From the IMG/VR virus record IMGVR_UViG_3300033145_000849, positions 1 to 64,000 of that record: a stretch of DNA of 64,000 nt, one strand, 5' to 3'. A program made the translations under genes and the position numbers. How positions within the stretch are numbered: the stretch's first letter is position 1; every line of letters begins with the position of its first letter. The notes under the pieces were generated by a model. It was not told where the DNA came from. It worked only from the letters and a program-made list of their open reading frames with translations, and ran no database searches. Source of the stretch: a virus. Shown here piece after piece: positions 18,016 through 27,352 of the stretch.

Positions 18016-19105
18016 TCCAACCTCTCTCTGTTGTAATTTTATTCATTTGTTTAGCATAGGCTTCAAAAGTAGCATTGTTTTTAACATAGGTACGGTAAGC
18101 ATTGCCAGTTGTTCTGTAAAATTCATGATCATTCTGTAACCTATCAATTGTCTGAATAAAAGCTCCTTGTATAGCAATAGGAGCGGTTAGTAGTTCGGGA
18201 AATAGCTTACCACTTTCTAAGGTCATAAAAGCATTAGCTTGCTGACTAACAATAGTGGGTATTCCAAACATAGCGGCCTCAAAGGGAGCGCCGCCTAATG
18301 GTCCTCCAGGAGAGATAACATATCTTGTCTCACTAAATAAAGACAAAACTTCATTCCAGTGAAGATTAATATGGGTATCTATCCTTGGCCATAGATGTTT
18401 AAATCGTTGCATTACTGGAAAAGAAAGTACCCAATCTCGAACCTTTTGCTTGTCAGGATGAGTAGTAAAACGATCAGTAGGCCATAATCCAATTAATATT
18501 GCAATTCTCATTTCAGGTTCATTTACAAGACATTGTTCTAAGTATCCTAAAAGAACAGCCATATCATCAGGATGTTCTTCTGCAAAAGTATGAAAATTCC
18601 TGTATGCCCAAGTTACATTTGGCTTTCGAAAGTTGTCCACTTCGTCATCAACATATGGAACCATAGCACCTGCCATGTGATAAACGTTTTCTGCACCATA
18701 AGCTACTGTTAACTGATTATAGATCCATGGATTAAGAGAAGCCGTGGTCGCAACGATACGATCCTGTTTTAAATAATTGAGAAAATCCTCTTTTGCTTGT
18801 CCAGAGTGTGGTTCAAAGACTTGGATTGCATAGGCTTTCGCCTTGTCAGTTTCAATAAAGAGACTTCTACCAGCACTGTGAACAAGTAATATAGATTCAT
18901 CTAACCACTCTTCATTCATGCCATCATACAGAGATTCTGGACGTTCGAATCCAGGCATACAGCAGTTCCTTGTTGTATGAACACCAGTTCCCCCATGTGT
19001 CACAAGAGCATTAAGAGTATTGTATTCCCATCTACCTTCTCCTCGAAGATTCTCTGTGTCCAAATTGCCTGCAATGTTGATCGAAAGATTAAGAAGATAT
19101 TTCAT
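18008..19105 (-). CDS. divergent GT-B-like glycosyltransferase (paralog family member 3)
   Basis: NLRGEGRWE, GGAPFEAAMFGIP, IDRLQNDHEFY. Confidence 0.6.
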   Translation of the reverse strand: MKYLLNLSINIAGNLDTENLRGEGRWEYNTLNALVTHGGTGVHTTRNCCMPGFERPESLYDGMNEEWLDESILLVHSAGRSLFIETDKAKAYAIQVFEPHSGQAKEDFLNYLKQDRIVATTASLNPWIYNQLTVAYGAENVYHMAGAMVPYVDDEVDNFRKPNVTWAYRNFHTFAEEHPDDMAVLLGYLEQCLVNEPEMRIAILIGLWPTDRFTTHPDKQKVRDWVLSFPVMQRFKHLWPRIDTHINLHWNEVLSLFSETRYVISPGGPLGGAPFEAAMFGIPTIVSQQANAFMTLESGKLFPELLTAPIAIQGAFIQTIDRLQNDHEFYRTTGNAYRTYVKNNATFEAYAKQMNKITTERGWNV

Positions 19106-19116
19106 AGATAGTTCCT

Positions 19117-20223
19117 TTATAATATTTGTTTTAGGATAGTTGCAATGTAAAGGATGTCAGTATACTCACACCACCAACCACAAGGTATATTTAGACGTTG
19201 ATCTTCAACTAAGTCTACATTGGGAAGAGGTTTACGATAATTGTCAAACAAGCTATAGGTATCATTCCTTACATGAGAAATATTATTGCCAATACCTGCC
19301 TTAATGAGAGCCTCAGATACTAGAGCTCTATGTGCTCTGTCTTTACATCTAATAGTAAACACCCAGTATATAGAACTAATATGCTCTGGAATTTGTGGTA
19401 TTAGAATATCTGGAGTTAGACCTTTAATCTCTTCCCGTAAGTATTTTGCATTCTGACGATGCTTAAGAATAAGACTGTCTACATACCTAAGTTGTTTTCT
19501 ACCAATAGCTGCATTTACATCGTTCATGTGAGCCTTGTATCCAGGCTCTGTAACATCGCCAACCCAATCAATTGGATGAGAATTCTGGCCTCTAGCTAGA
19601 CCAAACCAGCGTAGAAGGATTGCTCTGTCATAGTCGTCTTTTGTTTTACATGCTAAGCAACCACCATCAACTGTAGAAAGGATCTTAATACTCTGAAAAG
19701 AATGTATTGTGTAATCGCAAACACTACCAACCTTCTTTCCCTTATAGAGAGCTCCCATGGACTGAGCTGCATCTTCTATTGTTTTAATACCATGCTTATC
19801 TGCTATGGCTTGAATAGCATCTAGTTCAGCAGGAGTGCCGGCCCAATCTACAAAAGTAATTGCCTTAGTCTTGCTTGTAATAAGCTTCTCAATCTGTGTG
19901 TGGTCAATACAGCAGGTGTTAGGGTCTATGTCGCACCATACAGGAGTAGCCCCAAGAGAGATAATCCACTCAGTTCCTGCTAGACAAGTAACTGGGCTAG
20001 CTATCACTTCATCTCCAGGACCTACCCCAGCTAATCTACCTGCCATAGTTAACGCAACCGTTCCTGAGCTCGTTAAGGCCACGTAAGGGGTTTCCATCCA
20101 GTCCTGTAGTTCTAATTGAAAGAGAGCGGCCTCAGGACCTTCAGAGGTCATTCCTGAATCAAACACAGACTGTAAGATTTCTCCCATGTCATATGGATAA
20201 CGAGTTTTATATAAGGGAATCAT
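19117..20223 (-). CDS. DegT/DnrJ PLP sugar aminotransferase
   Basis: SSGTVAL, EDAAQSMGA, SFQSIKILSTVDGG, GYKAHMNDVNAAIG. Confidence 0.92.
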   Translation of the reverse strand: MIPLYKTRYPYDMGEILQSVFDSGMTSEGPEAALFQLELQDWMETPYVALTSSGTVALTMAGRLAGVGPGDEVIASPVTCLAGTEWIISLGATPVWCDIDPNTCCIDHTQIEKLITSKTKAITFVDWAGTPAELDAIQAIADKHGIKTIEDAAQSMGALYKGKKVGSVCDYTIHSFQSIKILSTVDGGCLACKTKDDYDRAILLRWFGLARGQNSHPIDWVGDVTEPGYKAHMNDVNAAIGRKQLRYVDSLILKHRQNAKYLREEIKGLTPDILIPQIPEHISSIYWVFTIRCKDRAHRALVSEALIKAGIGNNISHVRNDTYSLFDNYRKPLPNVDLVEDQRLNIPCGWWCEYTDILYIATILKQIL

Positions 20224-20728
20224 ATTCGCTCCTAAGTATAAACATCATAATATAGTCATAGAACTGTCCGTCTTTATAGAGAGCTTCCCGCTGGACTCCT
20301 TCTGTTGTAAATCCTAGCTGTGTATATAAGTTTATAGCTACAGTGTTATAGCTAGCTACCATCAGCCAAATACGATTAAACTCGTGCTCATTAAACCATT
20401 CGTAGAACAATTGTTTGTATATAAGCTTTGCATATCCCTGGCCACGATAGTCCTTATGAATATCTAGCCCTACACAAATAGACTTATTGTCTTTATCTAT
20501 TTGGTCAAGACGAACTATACCAATAGGATTAGAGTAATTGAATACCATCCATCTTAAGGAAGTGTTTGACTTCTGAAGATTCTCATACCATTCATCTTGT
20601 TCGTTCATAGACACAATATGTGGATCAGTCAGCATACTGAGTACATCTGGATCATTATGAAGTTGTCTTGCCCATTCTAAATATAAAGGCAGTAGTGGTC
20701 GAAACCTTAGGTTCTTAGGCTCAGCCAT
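20207..20728 (-). CDS. GNAT N-acetyltransferase (PseH/RimJ-like)
   Basis: YRGQGYA, NTVAINLYTQLGFTTEGVQRE. Confidence 0.88.
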   Translation of the reverse strand: MAEPKNLRFRPLLPLYLEWARQLHNDPDVLSMLTDPHIVSMNEQDEWYENLQKSNTSLRWMVFNYSNPIGIVRLDQIDKDNKSICVGLDIHKDYRGQGYAKLIYKQLFYEWFNEHEFNRIWLMVASYNTVAINLYTQLGFTTEGVQREALYKDGQFYDYIMMFILRSEYDSLI

Positions 20729-21161
20729 GTTTTAACTCCCACTCATATCCCCAAGGATTATTGATAGGATCTGTTCTTTCCTCTCTAGTATTAAGACTGT
20801 CAAAAGGTTTAGAACTTGAATTGATTATAAGTGCTGGTTCTTTACTGATACATTTCCACGCGTGCCATACTCCAGCAGGAACAGTTACCATGATCGGATT
20901 CTCTATGCTTAAGAAGAACTCTCTAATTTCTGGTTGGTTGTGGCTTACATGAATAAGAACCAATTTAATAGCACCAGAAACACACGTAATATTATCGATA
21001 TTGTCATAGTGAAGATGAAAGCCTTTTATCGTACCGGGGGTTGTCATGTTGCAATAGGTCTGTCCATACTCAATAAAAGCTGAGTCGTCACACCTTAACA
21101 TTTCATATATGTATCCGCGTTCATCAAGATGAATCTTTAGATGTTTAACTGAGATATCCAT
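20721..21161 (-). CDS. rmlC: dTDP-4-dehydrorhamnose 3,5-epimerase-like cupin
   Basis: HLDERG, TIKGFHLH, VPAGVWHAW. Confidence 0.8.
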   Translation of the reverse strand: MDISVKHLKIHLDERGYIYEMLRCDDSAFIEYGQTYCNMTTPGTIKGFHLHYDNIDNITCVSGAIKLVLIHVSHNQPEIREFFLSIENPIMVTVPAGVWHAWKCISKEPALIINSSSKPFDSLNTREERTDPINNPWGYEWELKHG

Positions 21162-21162
21162 C

Positions 21163-22134
21163 TTAATCCCTCTCTGAGTTTTGGAGCCATTGTGTATACC
21201 AACTAATAGCTTCAGTTAGACCTGCATTCAAATCAAGCTTATGTGTCCATCCTAGTGCTCTAAGTTTGTCTGAATTTAAACATTGTTCATTGATTTCAAA
21301 GAAATCACGATCCACCATTTTAATCTCAATGTCAGGATTTATTTGTTCTCGAATCATGTTGATTACATCAACGATCTTGTACATTTTTCCTATCCCAACA
21401 TTGTAAGCTTCTCCAGCAACACCTTTTTCCATTAGTGTAAAATATGCAGATACAATATCAGATACATGTACAAACTCTCGTAACATTCCAGCAGCATCTG
21501 TATATAGGACAGGTTGCTGACTATTCAATAATCTAAGAACTGTTCCAGGGATAAGACGAGAAAGATTAAGATCTCCACCACCATAAAGATTGCCGCAACG
21601 GACAATAGAAATAGGCAGGTCATATGTCTTAGCATAAGAACGGGCAATCATGTCCCCACAGGCCTTAGAAGTACAATAGGTATCTGTAACCTGGAACGGA
21701 GTATCCTCAACATAGCCTCCAGGAGGAGAAGAGTCTCCATAAGACTTGTCTGTAGACATATGGATAATTTTAGTAAGCCTAGAGTTGCGTTGAACTTGGT
21801 CCCTAAGAGCTTCGTATAAAATGACAGACCCCATCATGTTAACGTTGTAGGCAGTCCACGGATCCGAGTCACAAACTTTTACTATTGGCATAGCTGCAAG
21901 ATGAATAACATAGTCTAGTTCATACTTACCAACAATCTCACGGATAAGGTCTCTGTCTAGAAGAGATCCCCGGATTTCGGCTCCATGTTTAATAACTTTA
22001 GACATCAGTTCCATATCGGTCTTTCGATTATAGTCTTTGATTAAAGCTATAGGGGTATAGCCTCTGTTTAGTATCTCTTTAATAACTGCTTTGCCGACGA
22101 AGCCATTAGCACCTGTAACAAGTATGTTTTTCAT
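21163..22134 (-). CDS. NDP-sugar 4,6-dehydratase (CDP-glucose/RmlB-like SDR)
   Basis: VTGANGFVG, HLAA, STDKSYG, YCTSKACGD, RCGNLYGGGDLNLSRLIP. Confidence 0.88.
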   Translation of the reverse strand: MKNILVTGANGFVGKAVIKEILNRGYTPIALIKDYNRKTDMELMSKVIKHGAEIRGSLLDRDLIREIVGKYELDYVIHLAAMPIVKVCDSDPWTAYNVNMMGSVILYEALRDQVQRNSRLTKIIHMSTDKSYGDSSPPGGYVEDTPFQVTDTYCTSKACGDMIARSYAKTYDLPISIVRCGNLYGGGDLNLSRLIPGTVLRLLNSQQPVLYTDAAGMLREFVHVSDIVSAYFTLMEKGVAGEAYNVGIGKMYKIVDVINMIREQINPDIEIKMVDRDFFEINEQCLNSDKLRALGWTHKLDLNAGLTEAISWYTQWLQNSERD

Positions 22135-22145
22135 AAACTACTCCA

Positions 22146-22856
22146 TTAAATTAAGCTGTGATATTTAGAAAGATTCATGGTCAAATCTGGTCTCAAAAAA
22201 GAAAGGTTTAGATCTGATAAAGTGATTTTATTAACATTAGGTTTAGTTAATCTAGCTAAATCGTAGATTGATTTAGGTTTTGTACCTATATTATATACCC
22301 CACTAGGAGGACGTAAGTCAATAAAGTTTTTCAAAAGCTTAGCAATCACATCTACTCTATCTGCATTTGTAATTACATCTGTAAAAGCATTTTCATGTGG
22401 GAAAGGATTAGCTTTAAAAGAAGTTCGAAGTATACGTATGTTTCCCTTATTGTTAGTTAGCAACAATGTGTCGCCAACTGCTTTGCTATACCCATAGTTG
22501 TTGAAAGGTTTTAATAAATCTGTTTCTAAAGACGAAGGAGAATCGCCACTATATACATAGTCTGTACTTATATGATAAATATCTACAGAAAAATCTAGCT
22601 CGGTTAGCCACTTGAGACTCCATGCATTAGTATGTAGTGCTCGCATAGGATCACTTTCCGCACCTATAACATCAACATAGGCTGCTAAGTTAATGACAGT
22701 TGAATATCCCTCATTAATATAGTCAATCATACCTTTAGTAACAGTAGTAATGTCTAAACCATCATGAGAGGGGGCCCAAACATATCTAGATTCTTCCCTA
22801 AACATAGGGACTAGATAACTACCTAGTCGTCCACTGGCTCCTGTAATCAGAATCAT
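22146..22856 (-). CDS. rmlD: dTDP-4-dehydrorhamnose reductase-like
   Basis: ITGASGRLG, NLAAYVDV, HISTDYVY, YGYSK, ILRTSF. Confidence 0.82.
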   Translation of the reverse strand: MILITGASGRLGSYLVPMFREESRYVWAPSHDGLDITTVTKGMIDYINEGYSTVINLAAYVDVIGAESDPMRALHTNAWSLKWLTELDFSVDIYHISTDYVYSGDSPSSLETDLLKPFNNYGYSKAVGDTLLLTNNKGNIRILRTSFKANPFPHENAFTDVITNADRVDVIAKLLKNFIDLRPPSGVYNIGTKPKSIYDLARLTKPNVNKITLSDLNLSFLRPDLTMNLSKYHSLI

Positions 22857-23453
22857 TTAAGGTATATCATATCCTTTAGCAGCTACAAACATCCCTGTTG
22901 GGGTAGGTACCTGCACCCATTTATACCCTAATTTCTTAAGCATGGGTACCATGTCCAAATACTTAACAGAACCTTCATTGTGGATATCGTCTACTAGAAC
23001 AAAGTGTTTATCCTTAAGCATAGGAGCAGCCATCTTGTACTCGTTGACCATATGGGTAGCATCCTCAGCTGAATCTAGACAAACGAGATCTACTTGGTCT
23101 ACGTGATGACCAACGTCTTGAATTCCCTGTACACTATCTACTTGCCACATAACAAGACTATCTGTGCTTACCTCATCATCTTTAAATAGACTATTAATCA
23201 TTTCTACTTGTGGATCAATGTCTAAACTATAGAGAAGACCTTTTTTGGGAGCACAAATATACTTAGCTATATTGTTAGTAGTATGGTGCTCAAGGGCTTC
23301 AGGTAGATAGAAATAGGTTGTTCCTGTTTCAATACAGATGGGATTGTCATCAATAACTGACCCAATATACTTACATATATCTCTAACTGTACGCCATTTT
23401 GTTAATTCATAGACTTCTGGATGATACATTCCACCCGTACATAACTCATGCAT
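22857..23453 (-). CDS. class I SAM methyltransferase-like protein
   Basis: CIETGT, LYSLDID, DLVCLDS, VLVDD. Confidence 0.7.
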   Translation of the reverse strand: MHELCTGGMYHPEVYELTKWRTVRDICKYIGSVIDDNPICIETGTTYFYLPEALEHHTTNNIAKYICAPKKGLLYSLDIDPQVEMINSLFKDDEVSTDSLVMWQVDSVQGIQDVGHHVDQVDLVCLDSAEDATHMVNEYKMAAPMLKDKHFVLVDDIHNEGSVKYLDMVPMLKKLGYKWVQVPTPTGMFVAAKGYDIP

Positions 23454-24195
23454 TATAAAACTCCTTAAGACCTGGAGGCAAAGAAAGTGTTACTACTTTA
23501 ACATCATCTATCTCTGCTCCTTCTTCAAAGTTGTTATTACTACCAAAACAATAATCTGTTAAAGGCGCGTACTCATCCTTCTCATGAAACATGGCATCTA
23601 AAACATTGATTCTATTGACCATATGTTTAGGGTTACCTACCCTAGAGCAATGATAGATTCTACATATATCATTGATAATTGTACGAGAAGGGAACATGTC
23701 ATCTGGTTTCATAAACATTCCATCTCCAACTATCTCAACCTTTTCAGTTAGAGAACACATTCTAGGAATAGGGAGAGTCCAAGACGTCTTGATGTGATTA
23801 AGATCCCGCCAGAAGTATGTCCTTTCAAGAGACAGGTTGAAGAACCTCTCTCTATATATATATCTGACGTCAAGGATTTCCCGAGGATGAACTATCTCGT
23901 CTGCTTGTAGATACAAAACACTATCAAATTTTTGATCTAAAGCTTCTTTAATACATTGATTAGCTCTAAAGGCTAAATCATGTCCCATGTTAAGCGTCCA
24001 ATCCCATACTGAATCTAGGATAGTCAGTTTTTTAGGATCAGCTAAACTTCTTAATCTAGCTAAAGTGTCGTCTCTATTGTTAAGGTCTGTAGCAACGAAG
24101 ACATGGTCACAACATGCCAACAGATTAGTAATACAAACCTCGAAAGGATAGTTAAGCTCTACACCATTAGCTACTAGGGTAGCTCCAGCTAACAT
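23446..24195 (-). CDS. GT2-like glycosyltransferase
   Basis: LNYPFEVCI, DDTL, YLQADE, IYH. Confidence 0.75.
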   Translation of the reverse strand: MLAGATLVANGVELNYPFEVCITNLLACCDHVFVATDLNNRDDTLARLRSLADPKKLTILDSVWDWTLNMGHDLAFRANQCIKEALDQKFDSVLYLQADEIVHPREILDVRYIYRERFFNLSLERTYFWRDLNHIKTSWTLPIPRMCSLTEKVEIVGDGMFMKPDDMFPSRTIINDICRIYHCSRVGNPKHMVNRINVLDAMFHEKDEYAPLTDYCFGSNNNFEEGAEIDDVKVVTLSLPPGLKEFYNA

Positions 24196-24204
24196 TTGTT
24201 CCCC

Positions 24205-24858
24205 TTATTTCATATCAATATTAGCAACAGCAGGAATCGCACGCTCTACCCCATCAGCAACATCTTGTTCGTAAAGACCTCTATAGAGCTCGTTCCTATC
24301 TTGAAGTCGCTGGTCACTCTTAAACACATCTTGGAAATGTTCTATGTGAGGACCCTTCTCGGATGTTCTAATATTTCCTTCTTTTATATTGAGTCCTTCA
24401 TGGACTCGGTTCTCGTAAGTAATGCTACCTGGATTGTTTCTAATAAATCTGTATTGCCAATCAGGATATGCGTCCTGCTCTACTTGTATGGTACGTCCTA
24501 TGTCTCTCCAACGCCTACGAGGAAGTCCCCATGCTACACATTCTGCATCATCCATAAGATCTATTAAAATTGAGAGCTCTTCAGGTGCAAGTATCTCGTC
24601 AGTATCTAGTCCTAGAATCCATGGCTGAGTAGCAAGGTGAGCTGTTAGGGTTCTAATGCTTCCAAAATCTGTGAACCCTACCTTGTATACTCTTGCTCCA
24701 AGTTCCGTTGCAATTTTAACTGTGTCATCAGTAGATCCTGTGTCTACAAGAATAATTTCAGACACCAAATGAGACACACTGTTTAAGCATAGCCATATAG
24801 AATCTTGATTGTTCTTGGCAAACACAGCTAAAGTAATAGGTAGGCCAGCACTTGTCAT
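24205..24858 (-). CDS. GT2-family glycosyltransferase
   Basis: ILVDTGSTDDT, DFGSIR, LDTDE, YPDWQYR, RVHE. Confidence 0.9.
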   Translation of the reverse strand: MTSAGLPITLAVFAKNNQDSIWLCLNSVSHLVSEIILVDTGSTDDTVKIATELGARVYKVGFTDFGSIRTLTAHLATQPWILGLDTDEILAPEELSILIDLMDDAECVAWGLPRRRWRDIGRTIQVEQDAYPDWQYRFIRNNPGSITYENRVHEGLNIKEGNIRTSEKGPHIEHFQDVFKSDQRLQDRNELYRGLYEQDVADGVERAIPAVANIDMK

Positions 24859-25982
24859 GTAGAAAAACTCTCCTTAATTTCTTTGAGACGATTGACCATT
24901 AGTTCCCCAATCTTAGTTGAATTTAGTTCGTTTCTAATGGTTGCAACAGCATTCTCTGCTTTGGTAGCTGCTAATTGTCTGTCTTCGAATACTGTTCTCA
25001 TAAGCCTCCTTAGATGCATAATGTTAGGATCAGCCCATGTCATATGACCTTTGTAATTGGGGAAGATCATACCAGCTACTGGAGTCTCTTGATAGTCAAT
25101 TAAAAAACTATTATCGTCATTCATAAACTCTAGATTACCACTGTAATTAGTAGAGATTACAGGCTTTCCGTAAGACATTGCCTCGGCGTGAGGGATACCA
25201 AATCCTTCAGCTCTGTGAGCCAAGACAAAACAATCTCCTTTCATGTGAAGACCTTTCATCTCTGCTGCTGTCATAAGGTTTCCAAAAAAGACTAGGGGAG
25301 GAAAGCCTCTGTCCATATTGAGAGACTTTTTTATCCTTGCTATATCTTCTTTAATAATAGCCTTCTCTGCTTGAGAAGTATTGACCCTGTAGGCTTTTAA
25401 GGCAAAGACAACCTTCTCGTCAGGTTTAAACTCGGTAAGATACGCTTTCATTAAAGCCATTGGATTTTTTCTTTCTAGCCATTGAAAGATAGAATAGAAA
25501 ACAAAAGTATCATCACTGATATCTATGTTAACAGGTTCAGCATCGGAAGTATCAGGTAGAGAAACAATATGAGGTATCCTATAAACAGGCTTTTTTACTC
25601 CAGAGTTTTTAAATACTTCTATGTTCCATTTTGAAGGAACCCATATTTCGTCCATCATATTACAAAGATCTATCCATTGACTAGGAAGAGTATCTGTCTC
25701 CCATGCTGTATAGGCTATGTTGTAGCATTGAGGATCTCTGTAAGTAGGAAAATTCTCTGGTGTAAGATGCACAATTTGAATTTCAGGATCTAATTTACGG
25801 TCAATGAATGGAGTAATTTTTTCTTGAAGAGTTCCATGAGATACTTTTTGGTGTTCAAAAGAAGTTACCCTAACCGTAAGATCTATGTCTTTTCTATCAA
25901 TAAGAGCTGAAATATAGTTTCTTGCAGCGGTAGCATATCCAGAAACATCCAACACCGCGCCTACGTATTTGAGTCTAATCAT
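24855..25982 (-). CDS. GT4-family glycosyltransferase
   Basis: SGYATAAR, TAWETD, ERKN, RAEGFGIPHAEAM. Confidence 0.92.
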   Translation of the reverse strand: MIRLKYVGAVLDVSGYATAARNYISALIDRKDIDLTVRVTSFEHQKVSHGTLQEKITPFIDRKLDPEIQIVHLTPENFPTYRDPQCYNIAYTAWETDTLPSQWIDLCNMMDEIWVPSKWNIEVFKNSGVKKPVYRIPHIVSLPDTSDAEPVNIDISDDTFVFYSIFQWLERKNPMALMKAYLTEFKPDEKVVFALKAYRVNTSQAEKAIIKEDIARIKKSLNMDRGFPPLVFFGNLMTAAEMKGLHMKGDCFVLAHRAEGFGIPHAEAMSYGKPVISTNYSGNLEFMNDDNSFLIDYQETPVAGMIFPNYKGHMTWADPNIMHLRRLMRTVFEDRQLAATKAENAVATIRNELNSTKIGELMVNRLKEIKESFST

Positions 25983-27343
25983 AATACTTCCCCTTCTGAA
26001 GATGTTTTAAAAGCAATCTTGGGATTAGCATTTTGAATTTCTGCAAAAAGCTTAACCCATTTCTTACAAATGTTATTCCAAGAATATTTGTTGGTAAACT
26101 TAGTGGCTCTCCCAATGATCTCTTGTCTTTGGGTAGAGCTATTAACCCTATCGGCTTGCCAATCTTGATGGCACTGTACCATAGTATCTACAATATCTTC
26201 TATTCTACCTGTCCGTCTAAAACCAGAGTTATCTACAAAACTCATTTCATGACAAGGATATACATATCCCCTGTTTCTGTTTCCACCTACTAGCTCTGGA
26301 GTAGTAGTATTGTTAGGAACAATAACAGGTATACCAGCTGCCATGGCTTCTACGATTGTAAGACCAAATCCCTCTCCAAGATGAGTGGTCATATATGCAT
26401 CTCCACAATTGTACAGCTTGTTTAAAATAGAAGTGGTATAGCCAAGAGCTGCGTTGTAGTTAGTAGGAAAGAGTACATCTGTTTTAGGGTTTAGTCCTAG
26501 TTCCTCAAGACAGATTTTCAAGTCTATAAGGTGACCACTGTTTGAACCATCTTTAGTTACAGTGTGTAGATAAAGAAGAGAATCGGGAACTTGCTTACGA
26601 AACTCAGAGAAAGCAAAGATTGTTTTAGCTATGTCTTTTCTTAAACTATTTCGATTCACATTGACTATAACAAAAGTGTCATCACTCTTGAGACCTAAAT
26701 ATTCTTTTCTGTATTTAGTTTTTGCTTCCTGTCCAATAGGTTTAAAGTTTTTTATATCAGATCCATGATAGATAACGTCTGTAGGATGAACATCAACAGC
26801 TTCGCTAGCAGTTTTAGCAAAATTAGTATAAGCAACTGAACGGTCTGCTATTTTGATCATGTTAGAAGCAGCAGAAAGAAGCCTACAATCAACAGGATAA
26901 TAATAAATCAGTTTGAAAACTGGGCGCTTGGCTTGATGTTTAGCTTGTCGAACCTTATTGATATGGTGACTTATTTGTTCAACTACAAAGGTATCATTGA
27001 CAACAAAGACAATATCGTAATCCTTTTTTCTTAAGGCATCTATAAACATTTGGTTTCCAAAAGCATCTTTAGGATTTCCTAGTTTGGAAGGTACGATACA
27101 GTAGGGAATTTTATTCTTGTCGTAAAAATCACCAAAATAGTTAATAGCTAGTTGATCGATTTCATATAGTCCTGTCCTGTAAAGAGCATTTAGGATGTGT
27201 TTAGATACTACCCCAAAGCCTGTTGTTGCTGTAACACTGTCGCTCCATACTAATACTTTTTGCTTTCTTCGAGGCCTAGTGCTACTTAAGGGAGGTAACT
27301 TAAGAGAGTTAGTAGGTTGCATTATTAAACTATTGGATGCCAT
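25979..27343 (-). CDS. GT4-family glycosyltransferase
   Basis: TTGFGVV, NRNSLRKD, GEGFGLTIVEAMAAGIP. Confidence 0.92.
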   Translation of the reverse strand: MASNSLIMQPTNSLKLPPLSSTRPRRKQKVLVWSDSVTATTGFGVVSKHILNALYRTGLYEIDQLAINYFGDFYDKNKIPYCIVPSKLGNPKDAFGNQMFIDALRKKDYDIVFVVNDTFVVEQISHHINKVRQAKHQAKRPVFKLIYYYPVDCRLLSAASNMIKIADRSVAYTNFAKTASEAVDVHPTDVIYHGSDIKNFKPIGQEAKTKYRKEYLGLKSDDTFVIVNVNRNSLRKDIAKTIFAFSEFRKQVPDSLLYLHTVTKDGSNSGHLIDLKICLEELGLNPKTDVLFPTNYNAALGYTTSILNKLYNCGDAYMTTHLGEGFGLTIVEAMAAGIPVIVPNNTTTPELVGGNRNRGYVYPCHEMSFVDNSGFRRTGRIEDIVDTMVQCHQDWQADRVNSSTQRQEIIGRATKFTNKYSWNNICKKWVKLFAEIQNANPKIAFKTSSEGEVL

Positions 27344-27352
27344 TAAGATTTC

